Position numbers and translations under genes: made by a program. From the NCBI GenBank assembly GCA_016215105.1, contig JACRLJ010000056.1, forward strand, positions 2,698-66,697: a stretch of 64,000 nucleotides of DNA, given 5' to 3'. Of this stretch, positions 21,749 through 32,294 are shown one piece after another. This stretch comes from Candidatus Hydrogenedentota bacterium. Its GTDB lineage: Bacteria > Hydrogenedentota > Hydrogenedentia > Hydrogenedentales > SLHB01. Below the pieces are notes generated by a model. The model was not told the origin of the DNA. It did no database searches and saw only the letters and a list, made by a program, of their open reading frames with translations. Every line of letters starts with the position of its first letter. Position 1 is the first letter of the stretch.

Positions 21749-22670
21749 CTAAGCCTGCTCCGCTGAATCGCCGATGGTTGACTGCCGCCGGCCGGCCCAA
21801 GTGACTAGGAACGTTCCAGCCAGCAGAATCGCGCCGCCGATCCATTGCATCACCGATAAACTCTCACCGGGAAAGACCGCGAGGGCCAGAAGATAAGTCA
21901 CGATCGGGTTTAGAAGATTCACGCTGCTGCACAGCGCAGATCCCAGGTATTTCTGCGCGTAGTGATAGCTGGGATGCGCTCCTGCAATGGGAATTATGCC
22001 GGAAACGATCACGACCACGGTGTCGTGGCGGCTTGCGGCGAGAATGCCGGAAGGGTGGCCGAATGTCAGGGACAGCAGACCCAATCCGATGGTCGTGAAC
22101 GACGCCAGCACAGCGAACATCGCGACCGGATGAAGGTCGGTGACGAGATGCTTGGCCCAGACGACGTATACGCTCCAGGTCATCGCGACGATCAGAAGGA
22201 GAATCGAGTAGAAGTCCAATACCGGGGCGCGAAGCGCGGCGCCGGGCATGAGCACGGCGGCCACCCCGGCAAAGCTCAACGCGGTTCCGCCGAGATAGAA
22301 TGGGCTCCGAATGACGGAGCGCTCTTCGCGGAACAAAACGAAACTCAGGAAGATAATGATCACCACGCTGAGTTTCGTCGTAAGTTGCGCCACGGCGGGC
22401 GACGCCCCGTAGCAGGCGGTGGTCCAGCACACCTGGTGGATCAGTAATACGCAGGTCAATGGCAAATACGATAGTGACCTGCTGAAGGCCTTCCGCAATT
22501 CGCCGGGCAGGTACAACGCGCTGACGGCCAGTAGAACCGCCGCACCGCTGCCGTAGCGCAGGAACGCTTGGCTAAAGGGATCGTAGGTCTCCCGCAGATA
22601 CTTCACGAAAACCGGCAAGCATTGCGCACACCAACAGAATCGTCGCCGCGTTCCGGTGCAAGCCAGCCAT
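21749..22670 (-). CDS. EamA/DMT-family transporter; apparent frameshift near 22620
   Basis: About 10 TM helices. ATG 22670 gives [17 protein letters not shown], one base out of frame with LPVFVKYL... Confidence 0.75.
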
Positions 22671-22680
22671 CAGCCGCGCA

Positions 22681-23778
22681 TCACGCGGTGAGCGCCGCGG
22701 TCACGTGATCGCCAAACTCGGACGTGCTGATCACGCGCTGGTTATCGCCTGGCGCCCGCAAGTCGGCGGTGGTGAATCCGTGGCCGAATACACGGCGCAT
22801 TGCGTCCCAAACGGCACGTGATTCAGCCTCCAGGCCGAAGCTCATCTCGAGCATCATTGCCACGGACCCGATCATCGAGTACGGGTTCGCGATGCCCTTG
22901 CCGGCGATGTCGGGCGCGGACCCGTGTGAGGGCTCGTAGTACGATTTCCCGGCGCCGATGCAGGCGGAAGGCATCAGCCCCAGCGATCCCAGCAGGCCGC
23001 CGCCAAGATCACTAAGGATGTCGCCGAACATGTTTTCCATGACCATGACATCGAACTGGCGGGGATTAAGGCACAGCGCGGTAGCCGCGGCGTCAACAAT
23101 CATGTGTTTGACCGCGACGTCCGGATAGTCCGCGGCGACTTCTTCGACGATTTCGTTCCATAGCACACTCGACATCAGCACGTTGCTCTTGTGGACGTTG
23201 TGCAGAACCTTCTTGCGTTTGCGGGCCACGTCGAACGCCACCACGAGAATACGACGAATCTGCGCCTCGTCGTATTCAAGCGTTTCTTTCACGTAGCGCA
23301 ATCCCTCCGGAGTGACACCGCGTTCCTTGGCGCCGAAGTACAACCCGCCGACGAGTTCACGGATCATCATGAAGTCGATGCCGCCTTCGACGACGTGTGG
23401 CTTGAGCGGCGAGAAATGCGCCAGTTCCGCGGGCAGGTACACGGGCCGGAAGTTGGCGTAGGTGTTGTAGCGGCGCCGTAGCGGCAAGAGCGCGCCGCGT
23501 TCGGGCCGTTGTTCGACTGGGATCTTCTCCGACTCGGTGTGGCTGAGTCCGATCGGGCCCTTCAGGATCGCGTCGGCTTCGTCGCAGACCTTCTTGGTTT
23601 CATCGGGAAAGGCCAAGCCGGTATCGAAGTACGCCTTGCCTCCAAACGGCGCGTACTTCAGATCAAACTTCACCCCGCTGCGCGTCTGAATGACGTTCAA
23701 GACCTTGACGGCCTCGCGCATGATCTCCGGCCCAATTCCGTCCCCTTCCAGCATGGCGATGGTGTACTTCTTGGTCAT
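22681..23778 (-). CDS. leuB: 3-isopropylmalate dehydrogenase
   Basis: [63 protein letters not shown]. Confidence 0.92.
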   Translation of the reverse strand: MTKKYTIAMLEGDGIGPEIMREAVKVLNVIQTRSGVKFDLKYAPFGGKAYFDTGLAFPDETKKVCDEADAILKGPIGLSHTESEKIPVEQRPERGALLPLRRRYNTYANFRPVYLPAELAHFSPLKPHVVEGGIDFMMIRELVGGLYFGAKERGVTPEGLRYVKETLEYDEAQIRRILVVAFDVARKRKKVLHNVHKSNVLMSSVLWNEIVEEVAADYPDVAVKHMIVDAAATALCLNPRQFDVMVMENMFGDILSDLGGGLLGSLGLMPSACIGAGKSYYEPSHGSAPDIAGKGIANPYSMIGSVAMMLEMSFGLEAESRAVWDAMRRVFGHGFTTADLRAPGDNQRVISTSEFGDHVTAALTA

Positions 23779-23931
23779 ATCTTATTTCCTATATTCGATG
23801 GGTTGAGGCGGATGCTACTCGCAGTGGTTGAATTTCATCCACTCAGTAGCTGATATTCGACCATCCGCTGGCTGATTTTCAACCAGATGACCGCAGAAAA
23901 CCACGCGGTGCGGATACGCTTCGTTAGGGGC

Positions 23932-25239
23932 TTAGACGCTGGGGCGGCCGATGCTGAAATATCGGAAACCCGCGTCCGCCATGACTTTAGGCCGGTAGAG
24001 ATTGCGTCCGTCGAAGATGACTTTCTCGCGCATGAGCGTTGCCATGCGTTCGACATCGGGCCGGTAGAACTCGCGCCACTCCGTGATCACCAAGAGTCCA
24101 TCGGCGCGTTCAAGAGCGTCATAGCTCTTGTCGGTGACGCTAATCTTGTCACCATATAACGCAGTCAACTTCGGACCAGCGACTGGATCGTAAACGGACA
24201 CCTTAGCGCCCGCCTCGAGCAGCGCGTCGATGATGCGCAATGCGGGGGATCCCCGCAAGTCGTCTGTTCGCGCTTTGAACGTAGCGCCCCACAGCGCGAT
24301 TGTCTTTTGAGTGACGGCCTCGCCATAGAAGTCCAAGACACGCCGGATGAACCGCTTCTGCTGGCGCTCATTCGCGGCGGTGACGGCGTCCAGGATTTCG
24401 TAACCCACTCCTTTTTCGCGGGCCATCCGGGCGGCCGCCTGCACTTCCTTGGGCAAGCAAGATCCGCCAAAGCCAAGACCCGGGAACACGTAGGTGGCGC
24501 CGATACGGCTGTCAGTGGCGACACCCTCGCGTACCGAGGAGACGTCTGCGCCGTACGCCTCGCATATATTGGCCAACTCGTTCATCAGTGCGACGCGCGC
24601 GGCGATCATGGAGTTGACGGCGTACTTGGTCAATTCCGCGCTGCGCAGGTCCATGGTGAGGAACGGCTTTCCTGTGCGCAGGAATGGCGCGTACAATTCC
24701 TTCATGATTTCCAACACCCGGACATCGTCGCATCCCACGACAATTCGGTCCGGCCGCATGAAATCGTCCACTGCGGCGCCTTCCTTGAGAAACTCCGGAT
24801 TGACCACCACGTCGAAGGAATGCGGGGTTAGTTTCTTGACTGTATCTCGAATGAGTTCCGTCGTGCCGACCGGGCAGGTGCTTTTGTTAACGATAATGCG
24901 GTACCCCGTCATGGCGTGCGCGATCTCCTCCGCCGCGGCAAGCACCTCGGAGACATCGGGATCGCCGTTCGGATGCGAAGGCGTTCCCACGCACACGAAG
25001 ATCAGCAACGCTTCACCCACGGCTTCGGCCAGATTCGAGGAAAAGTGCAGGCGCTCCTCTTCAACGTTGCGTACGACCAATTCCTCCAATCCAGGTTCGT
25101 AGATAGGCAATTGGCCCGCGCGCAAGCGATCGATGATCGCCGAATCACGGTCGACGCAGGTCACAAAGTGTCCGTTCTCGGCCAGTCCGGTGCCTACCAC
25201 CAATCCGACATAACCCGTGCCCACGACTGCGATCTTCAT
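23932..25239 (-). CDS. ugd: UDP-glucose 6-dehydrogenase
   Basis: GTGYVGL, YEPGL, CVGTP, KSTCPVGT, NPEFLKEG, GFGGSCLPK, DGRNL. Confidence 0.92.
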   Translation of the reverse strand: MKIAVVGTGYVGLVVGTGLAENGHFVTCVDRDSAIIDRLRAGQLPIYEPGLEELVVRNVEEERLHFSSNLAEAVGEALLIFVCVGTPSHPNGDPDVSEVLAAAEEIAHAMTGYRIIVNKSTCPVGTTELIRDTVKKLTPHSFDVVVNPEFLKEGAAVDDFMRPDRIVVGCDDVRVLEIMKELYAPFLRTGKPFLTMDLRSAELTKYAVNSMIAARVALMNELANICEAYGADVSSVREGVATDSRIGATYVFPGLGFGGSCLPKEVQAAARMAREKGVGYEILDAVTAANERQQKRFIRRVLDFYGEAVTQKTIALWGATFKARTDDLRGSPALRIIDALLEAGAKVSVYDPVAGPKLTALYGDKISVTDKSYDALERADGLLVITEWREFYRPDVERMATLMREKVIFDGRNLYRPKVMADAGFRYFSIGRPSV

Positions 25240-25357
25240 ATGGTATTCTCCTCACAAAGCGGTTGCTGAACGGGCTCATGCTATCACCCGCCGCGCAAGC
25301 TTTGCAAAGCATCCGCGCAGTAACTGGACACGCCGCTTTCAGAATTGAAGGCGTGGA

Positions 25358-28300
25358 TTACTTGGCCGGAGGCTTCGGAGCGTCCTTATTCTTGGACTTG
25401 GGTGCGGCAAACGACTTTTTCGGTTTCGCGGGGAACGCGTTATCGGCGGACGGCGCCCTCTTCGACGGTTTCGCCTTGGCGTCCGACTCCTTCTGCGTCG
25501 TGTAGGAGTCCGAGAGGTCTTGCGTGGCGCTGGAGTCAGGCAACGAACTCTCCGCCGTGGCCGAATCGCTCTCGCGCCGCTGTTCCGTTATCACTTCTTT
25601 CGCTTTTTCCAGAACCAGGCCCATCTTCTCCGCCGTTCGCCGCGTTGCTTCTCTCGACGCCTCCGAACTTCGCAAGACGCGCGGGGTGATGAACGCGATA
25701 AGTTCAGTCGTCTGATGCGATTTGTCCTTCTTCCTGAACGGAATGTTCACGATCGGAATCTGTCCCAGAATCGGGAGACCGCGAACCGAGTCCGAGTCCG
25801 CCTCGCGCATGATTCCGCCAATCAGGATCGTCTCGCCGCTCTGTACGGCCAACTCCGTGCTGAACGTGCGCGTGTCAATCACTAGACCGCCCAACACGAC
25901 CTGACCCGGCTGGGCCTGCGAAGATTCCAATTCAATCTTCATCACCACATTGTCGCCCTCGTTGATGTTGGGCGTAATATTCAATGTCGTGCCGGCGTCC
26001 TTATACTCAAATGATTGATTCAGCGAACCCGTGGGCGACGTTTGGCTCTCTTTGATGAACGGGATTTTGGAGCCGACGAACAACTTACTTTCCTTGTTGT
26101 TGTTCATGACCATCGACGGCTCCCCAAGTATCCGCGTCTCCGATTTCTGCCGCAGCAATTGAATCAGCAAGTTCAAATCGATGTTCGAGGAAAGCGTGCT
26201 GTTCCGGTAGACTTCTTTCCACTCGAAACCGAATCCGGTTCGGAAGCCATTGTCAAAATCGGTAGTCTCAAAGATGCTCTGGTTGGAGCTAAACCGTGTA
26301 CCAACCCGGGTCGCCGTGCTCCGTGTCACTTCGAGTAAGCGCACCCGGACCTGTACCTTGGGCGACTCGTTGTCGAGACCAATAACGAGGCTGCGAATAA
26401 CCTCGAAGTTCTGAGGAGCCGTCGTAAACAACAGCGAGTTTGTGCGCTTGTCCGGCACGACACGTACCTGCCCAATCAAGTTGCTTATCGCGCGCTCCTC
26501 CTTCCCTTTCTGCTGACCGGCCATCCAGGAGAAGAATGCTGGTTGCTGTTCGTCTTGCCCGGTCTTAGGCGCCGGACCGCGGGTCCCTTCAACCGCGAAC
26601 AGGCTATTCAGTTCGCTGGCGACGTCCACGGCGTTGGCGTATTCCAGCTTCATTACCATCGTGTTTGCGGCATCGGGGCTAGCTTGATCGAGTTCCTTGA
26701 TAAAGCTCTCGATGATTTTGAAGTTTTCCATACTATTGGTCGTTACAATGATCGAATTCGTGAGCGTCTCCGGCACGAATCGCACTTTTCCGTACAGCCG
26801 GCCAACTTCTTTCTCTTTGTCATTGTTGAAGCGATCCCAATAGTAGTCGTACCCCCCCGTTTTTTTTGATTCGCCGGTGCCAAAAATCGTATTCAACACG
26901 TCACAGGCCTGCTTGGCCTCGATGAACTTGACGCGGAAAATATGCGGCGTCACTTGTTCGGCGTCGATTGGCGTGTCCAACTTCTTGAGCAGTTCCTCGA
27001 TTTTGTCAAACTCGTTCGGTTTGGCGATCGCGACGAGAGAGTTCGAGCGTTTCTCCGCGACAAAGCGGGTTTTGTTTTCGCCGCGGCGGGACGAACCTCC
27101 CCAAAAATAAAAGGGGTAGCGGGAGGAATCGTCTTTGGACCCGGTGTACAGTTCGTTCATCTGCGACGCGATATCATCGGCGTCTGCGAACTTGAGCTCG
27201 TAGGTCCGTGTCACCAATTGGACCGATTCCTCGGTATCGAGTTCCTTGACCACGCTCTGTATTAGCTTGTAATTCTCTTCGGAACTCAACACCAGGAGCG
27301 AACTGGATCGGTCATCCGCCGTGATCTCGACCTGCTCGCGAATCCGCTTGTCATTGCGCCTTTGAAAGAGCGGTGTGAGCTGGGTAACCATATCGCGCGC
27401 GTCCGCATACTTGATGGGAATGACGCGCAACATGAGATCCTTTGGGCGTTCCTTGTCCAATTCGTCCACCAGTGAACGCACCGACGCGAACATATCCTCC
27501 GGCGCCACCACGAGAATCCAGTTGGCCGCCTTGTACGCTACCACATCGAGCGCGGGCGCGCTCGGACCGCCGCCCCCGGGTTGTCCCGGCTGACCTGGCT
27601 GCCCGGGCTGTCCCGGCTGCCCCGGCTGGCCGCCTGGTTGTCCCGGCTGACCGCCCGGCTGGCCGGGTTGTCCCGGCTGACCGGGTTGACCACCTTGCCG
27701 GCCCGGCATCGGCCCCCCCGTCACGCCCGCGGGTTTCTGCGTCAGCACGCTGAGGATCGTTTTCATGATCGGCGCTATTTCCTCGGCATCCGCGAACTTT
27801 AGCGGAAACACCTGCACCTTCCGTTTGTCTACATCGATAACGTCCACCTGCGCGATGATGTCCTCGATAGCGGTTACGCGGCCGGTCATGTCGGTGATGA
27901 TCAGCTTCTTCGAGGCCGGAAGCGCCAGCAAACTTCCACTCTTGCTCAACAACGGCCTGACCATTTTGTCGATATCTTCGACGCTTGCCGAGTGAATCGA
28001 AATAACTTTCTTCAGGAAACCCGCCGGCAACTTCTCGATCTTGTCCGGCTGCAACGGCACAACCATATCCGGCATCAGCTCGGCCGGCACGAGCTTGATG
28101 GTGTTTTCGTCTTCGACGACGGCGACCTTCTCCAGCAGCAGCGCCTCCGACAGCAGCGACATTGCCCGCTCTTTCGTCATTTTGCCGGGGCTGAATACCG
28201 TAATCTGCGCCTTCGCGTCTTTGTGCTTCAGCACCGGCTTGCCCGTGATCTGCGTCAGAAATGCAATCACCTGGTCGATGTTCACGTTATTCAGATTGAA

Positions 28301-28672
28301 CGCGATCGTGCCATCATCGTTCTGGGTTATGTCGGTCGTACCGGCGGGCGCGGGCCCACCAGGCTTGTCACCCGACGGAGGTTCGCCGGGAGCCGGCCCA
28401 GGAGCGCCAGGCTGACCCGGAGCGCCAGGCTGACCCGGACCACCAAGCTGCCCCGGACCGCCGGGTTGTCCCGGGCTGCCCGGCTTAGCTTCGCCTGGAG
28501 ACGACGGCGGACCTGCGGACGGTCTTACCTCGGCGGGGACTTCCGGTTTCGCGTCTTGGGCGATCGCGAACGGTACGCACACCGCCGCGCACACGGTTAA
28601 GTACACGCCGAGCGCCACCCGCGGCGCGCATTTATTCCAATCCAACCGATGTTCTACTCTCACGTTACTCAT
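25358..28672 (-). CDS. gspD: Type II secretion secretin with extra N-domain repeats and PGQ-rich insertions
   Basis: N0 domain (FNLNNVNIDQVI), repeated LKxADA...D/ExRSNSL N-domains, C-terminal secretin domain (AGTTLNITP, GLPILGQIP, TELIAFITPRVL). Confidence 0.9.
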   Translation of the reverse strand: MSNVRVEHRLDWNKCAPRVALGVYLTVCAAVCVPFAIAQDAKPEVPAEVRPSAGPPSSPGEAKPGSPGQPGGPGQLGGPGQPGAPGQPGAPGPAPGEPPSGDKPGGPAPAGTTDITQNDDGTIAFNLNNVNIDQVIAFLTQITGKPVLKHKDAKAQITVFSPGKMTKERAMSLLSEALLLEKVAVVEDENTIKLVPAELMPDMVVPLQPDKIEKLPAGFLKKVISIHSASVEDIDKMVRPLLSKSGSLLALPASKKLIITDMTGRVTAIEDIIAQVDVIDVDKRKVQVFPLKFADAEEIAPIMKTILSVLTQKPAGVTGGPMPGRQGGQPGQPGQPGQPGGQPGQPGGQPGQPGQPGQPGQPGQPGGGGPSAPALDVVAYKAANWILVVAPEDMFASVRSLVDELDKERPKDLMLRVIPIKYADARDMVTQLTPLFQRRNDKRIREQVEITADDRSSSLLVLSSEENYKLIQSVVKELDTEESVQLVTRTYELKFADADDIASQMNELYTGSKDDSSRYPFYFWGGSSRRGENKTRFVAEKRSNSLVAIAKPNEFDKIEELLKKLDTPIDAEQVTPHIFRVKFIEAKQACDVLNTIFGTGESKKTGGYDYYWDRFNNDKEKEVGRLYGKVRFVPETLTNSIIVTTNSMENFKIIESFIKELDQASPDAANTMVMKLEYANAVDVASELNSLFAVEGTRGPAPKTGQDEQQPAFFSWMAGQQKGKEERAISNLIGQVRVVPDKRTNSLLFTTAPQNFEVIRSLVIGLDNESPKVQVRVRLLEVTRSTATRVGTRFSSNQSIFETTDFDNGFRTGFGFEWKEVYRNSTLSSNIDLNLLIQLLRQKSETRILGEPSMVMNNNKESKLFVGSKIPFIKESQTSPTGSLNQSFEYKDAGTTLNITPNINEGDNVVMKIELESSQAQPGQVVLGGLVIDTRTFSTELAVQSGETILIGGIMREADSDSVRGLPILGQIPIVNIPFRKKDKSHQTTELIAFITPRVLRSSEASREATRRTAEKMGLVLEKAKEVITEQRRESDSATAESSLPDSSATQDLSDSYTTQKESDAKAKPSKRAPSADNAFPAKPKKSFAAPKSKNKDAPKPPAK
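27575..27700 (-). repeat. Imperfect 9-bp tandem repeat encoding (PGQ)n in the secretin
   Basis: Repeated cccggctg(a/g/t/c) units; a second PGQ/PGA block lies at about 28380-28490. Confidence 0.8.
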
Positions 28673-28821
28673 CCCTTCCGCGTCATCTTGGATTACTACA
28701 ACCGCTGTCCGCCACGCAGGTCGTGTATACCGTCGCGTGATGCTGCACATTGCTCCCTTACGATGTTCACCCGTACACCTGCGCTTGATGAGCGCAGGCC
28801 CCTGGCGCGCCCAAATTCCAT

Positions 28822-29628
28822 TTACTGCCGACTCAGCGCCTGTCCTTGGAAAATCAGCGTGTCACCCTGAATGTCCAATTCCACGTTCTCGCCCGCCACC
28901 GAGAGCTTGACTTTGCTCCCGTCAACGGACCACGTCCCATCGACCTGGCCGTCAACTTTCATGGTTCCATCCGCATTGAAGTTCACCGTGTGCCCGCCGC
29001 CTTGCCAGCTCGTACCCGACAGCGTCTGCGCATTGAGTGTCGCGGGCGCTATGACAACCGGCGCGGCTGCAACCGGCATCGCGGCAACCGGCTCCTGCGG
29101 CCCGGGCAACCCGGCGTTCGGGCGCGCATCCGGCACGGGAGACGCCGCCGGCGGCGTGGAAGGCGAGGTCGGAAAAACTTTTACCGTCCGTCTCTTCCCG
29201 TCTTTTTCGAGCACCACCTCCGCGTTACCAATCTCGACCAGCTTTTCGCCACCGGGGATGTCAGCGCCGACTGAGTACAGCTTTGCGTCATTTGCGGAAG
29301 CCCCCAGCAAGGCCTTTGATCCCAATATCCCGAAGACATTCACGGCCGACGCCGAACCTGGACCGCTCCCTCCCTTGTCTCGCTTGCCGAGCAGTCCTTT
29401 ATCCATAATAGGGTCGTACTCGTTCAGCGCCTTTCGCTCCGTGCGCTCCGGGGCGACTATCCCACTACGTACTCGATCCGCTAGACCGCGAGATGAGACC
29501 GCCGCCGCTACGAAACGGCAACCCTGAATCACGAGCAGGAACGCCAGCGCGACGAACAGCAGCGCCAACGCCCGGTCAAGACCCAGCGCCCGCGCTCTTG
29601 CCAGGATCTGTTTTGCTATCTCCGCCAT
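28822..29628 (-). CDS. GspC-like T2SS component
   Basis: Single TM, HR-like segment (GILGSKALL...VGADIPGGEKLVEIGNAEVVLEKDG), Pro-rich linker; lies immediately upstream of the secretin. Confidence 0.65.
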   Translation of the reverse strand: MAEIAKQILARARALGLDRALALLFVALAFLLVIQGCRFVAAAVSSRGLADRVRSGIVAPERTERKALNEYDPIMDKGLLGKRDKGGSGPGSASAVNVFGILGSKALLGASANDAKLYSVGADIPGGEKLVEIGNAEVVLEKDGKRRTVKVFPTSPSTPPAASPVPDARPNAGLPGPQEPVAAMPVAAAPVVIAPATLNAQTLSGTSWQGGGHTVNFNADGTMKVDGQVDGTWSVDGSKVKLSVAGENVELDIQGDTLIFQGQALSRQ

Positions 29629-29642
29629 ACAAACTCCCGCCG

Positions 29643-30758
29643 TTATTCGTAGCCGAGGATGTCCAGGCTAGCTTCAATCGTATTTCCCTTTGCGGTGTCT
29701 CGATGCAGGTCCATCTGTTGGACGCGCGCAAAGCGATCTCCCTTTTCCACCGCATACAACAGCTTGACCAGATTCTCCGCTTTCCCCTCGACGCTCAGTT
29801 GAAGGGTAACCGGCGTGAAGAACTTGCTTGCGCGCGTCCCACCGCCTCCCTTCTTAGACGAGACCCGTTTTATCTTGACGCCGGCCTGAGATGCGGAGCG
29901 CTCAAAGTAAGCTGCGAGCCGTTCACTTCCCTGGACGGCTGGCGCCTTGTCTGCCGCGGAGGTCGCTGCCGTGGTCTCGTCCTGCCCCGGCTTCGAGCCG
30001 CCAGACTTGTTCGCGGCGCTGGAGGCGGAGGCGGCCTTGTCGCTCAAGTCCGACGGCTTGTTTGGGTCCTGGCCCTCCTTCGTGGCGGCAGCCTTATCAG
30101 TCGGAGACGAGTCTACCGCCCCAGTGACCTTCGTCGAGGACGCATCCGCAGTCTTGGCTTGTCCTGCGTCCTCGGTACTCGGTTCACCTGAGGACGCAAC
30201 GACTATTGAACCAGGGGGTGTCCTATTGCCGCTTGGTTCGCCCGGTTTGCTCTCCGAAGCCGGAAGCGGCGTCACGGCGGGCGTATCCGCAGCCGAATCC
30301 TTGGGCTTGTCCTTCTTGGGCGCTTCCGTTTCGGCGCCAGTGGTCATTGCCGCGACAGGGGCCGCAGTGCTTGGTGTGTTGGACACGGCCTCGCCTGTCT
30401 TGGGAGTTGGCGACCCATCGGGAGATCTTTCGCTCGACTTGGTTTTGTCCATAGGACCGGGGCTGTCCTTGGGCGTCTGCGTGGCCCTAGGTTCGGCGCC
30501 TTTCGCGGAACTCTCTGGCGTCCGGCCGAGCAACGACCCGGTTCGTCTTGCCAACACGTCCCGTTTTTTCACCAGGGCCTCATAGCCACGAACCTGTTCG
30601 CGCAACTGAGCAACCTGGGCCAGCTTTAGTTCCAGTTGGCTGCCCCAATCCGACCACGTGCGGGCCAAAGGCAAGACGACGTAGACTACGGCCACAGCCG
30701 TTACCGCCACGATTCCCGCGGCGACGAGCGCCTTCTTTTCTCGAAACGGCACATTCAT
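29643..30758 (-). CDS. GspM/PilO-like component with a long low-complexity insertion
   Basis: REKKAL + TM + coiled coil; about 200 aa S/T/P/A/K-rich region; C-terminal ferredoxin-like segment (ASQAGVKI...LVKLLYAVE). Confidence 0.65.
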   Translation of the reverse strand: MNVPFREKKALVAAGIVAVTAVAVVYVVLPLARTWSDWGSQLELKLAQVAQLREQVRGYEALVKKRDVLARRTGSLLGRTPESSAKGAEPRATQTPKDSPGPMDKTKSSERSPDGSPTPKTGEAVSNTPSTAAPVAAMTTGAETEAPKKDKPKDSAADTPAVTPLPASESKPGEPSGNRTPPGSIVVASSGEPSTEDAGQAKTADASSTKVTGAVDSSPTDKAAATKEGQDPNKPSDLSDKAASASSAANKSGGSKPGQDETTAATSAADKAPAVQGSERLAAYFERSASQAGVKIKRVSSKKGGGGTRASKFFTPVTLQLSVEGKAENLVKLLYAVEKGDRFARVQQMDLHRDTAKGNTIEASLDILGYE

Positions 30759-32287
30759 CGCTTGGCCTTCCCTTGTCCTTTGCTCAACTCGCACGAAATC
30801 TGAAATACGAAATCATCCTTGTCCTTCGTCGCCCCCAGGAAGGTACACTTCGCGAACGCTCCCGACGCGGTCATCGCGGAAACGGCCTTCTCGGAAGCGG
30901 CCGCGACGGATTTTGTCTTCCCCTTGATCATGATCTTGCCTTCCGGCGAAACGGTGATGGTTTCGACGGTGACATCGCTCGGAAATGCGTCGCTCAGCGT
31001 AAGTAAGATATCGGAGATCGAACGTTGACGGGCGCTTTGCGACTGAAGAATATCCACTTCTTCCTGAAGCCGGCCTAAATCGCTCACCAGCGGCTTCATC
31101 TCAGAGATGATATCTTCCGCACGATGAAGCCGGTACGCCCGAACCCCGAACATTGCGGCCGCGACCACCACGATCAGAATTGCGTTGGCCAGTATCAAAA
31201 GCGGACGTCTGTTCCGAAAGTCGATGCGAGTGGAAGATCGATCCGCAGAGCGGAGCGCCGGTACCGCCGTTGAGGCGCCACGGCGGCGCCGGTGCAGCGA
31301 GCTCAGCGCGCCGACGCACGCAAGATAATCGGAAAACAAGTCGCCCTGAATTGCCGCAGGGTCTGGCGCCGTGATCCCTTTGGGCCGGATGCCCAACTCG
31401 ACGGGGTAATTGCCGTTCGCCTTGAAGGACTCCGTAAAGCCGGCGTCGTCGGCGCTCGTACCCACGACGATCAGCCGCTCAGGAGGCTGTCCGTTGGTCC
31501 GCATCCAATAATCGTAAAGGGATTGACGTACTTCGTTCGCAGCAAGTAGGCGCCAGGTACCCTGCGCCGCCGAGCCGGAATCCTGCTCTTGTGGCATTCC
31601 AATGCGACGGACGTAACGAGGAACACCCCCTTGCGTAACGACAAGTGTGATCTGACTTGGCCTAAACCATGCCAGGGCTACTGCGGCGTTCGTGCTCTCG
31701 CTTGCGCGAACAAGCTCCGAAACGGCCCCAGCGTCGTACTCGATGCCGTCACAGCGCAGACCTTTGGCGCGAAGCGCGGCCTCCAGGTCTCGCGCCTCCG
31801 CCTGGGGTGTCGCGACCACCAAGACCTTGCCACCGCCGTTTGCGTGTGCGCCGTTTTGGCGCTCGCACGTCCACAGGCTTTCCGAGACCGGATACGGCAA
31901 TTCCGTCTCTAGACGAAGAGCCGCCATCTGACGTGTCTGCTCCGGCGTCGCATCCACTATGTCCAGAATGCGGCATACCGACTTGTCCGAGTTGGACACC
32001 GCCACGACAAGCGCGCCTTCGGCAAGCCTGCGCAACTCCGCGCTATGCTCAGCGCCGCCATCGCCCGCCATGACCAAGGTCCGCGCGGAAGACACCGTGG
32101 CCTCCTCGCTTCCGATCGTGCCTGCCACACACTTCCAGAGATTGCCTTCGCAGATTTCGATGACGAGGACGCGCTGCGGGGCGCCGGGCGTTGAAGCGCG
32201 GCCGTTCGGCGCGGCGAACCGGTCAAACGCGGCCTGAAGCCTTATCAGCGATTCTTTGGCGCGATCTATTCTCACTTGGATTCCCAT
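30755..32287 (-). CDS. GspL-like (PilM+PilN-type) T2SS component
   Basis: Actin-like cytoplasmic part (LETELPYP), TM, coiled coil, PilN-like C-terminus (LSDAFPSDV...IKG). Confidence 0.72.
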   Translation of the reverse strand: MGIQVRIDRAKESLIRLQAAFDRFAAPNGRASTPGAPQRVLVIEICEGNLWKCVAGTIGSEEATVSSARTLVMAGDGGAEHSAELRRLAEGALVVAVSNSDKSVCRILDIVDATPEQTRQMAALRLETELPYPVSESLWTCERQNGAHANGGGKVLVVATPQAEARDLEAALRAKGLRCDGIEYDAGAVSELVRASESTNAAVALAWFRPSQITLVVTQGGVPRYVRRIGMPQEQDSGSAAQGTWRLLAANEVRQSLYDYWMRTNGQPPERLIVVGTSADDAGFTESFKANGNYPVELGIRPKGITAPDPAAIQGDLFSDYLACVGALSSLHRRRRGASTAVPALRSADRSSTRIDFRNRRPLLILANAILIVVVAAAMFGVRAYRLHRAEDIISEMKPLVSDLGRLQEEVDILQSQSARQRSISDILLTLSDAFPSDVTVETITVSPEGKIMIKGKTKSVAAASEKAVSAMTASGAFAKCTFLGATKDKDDFVFQISCELSKGQGKAKR

Positions 32288-32294
32288 ACGCTAT

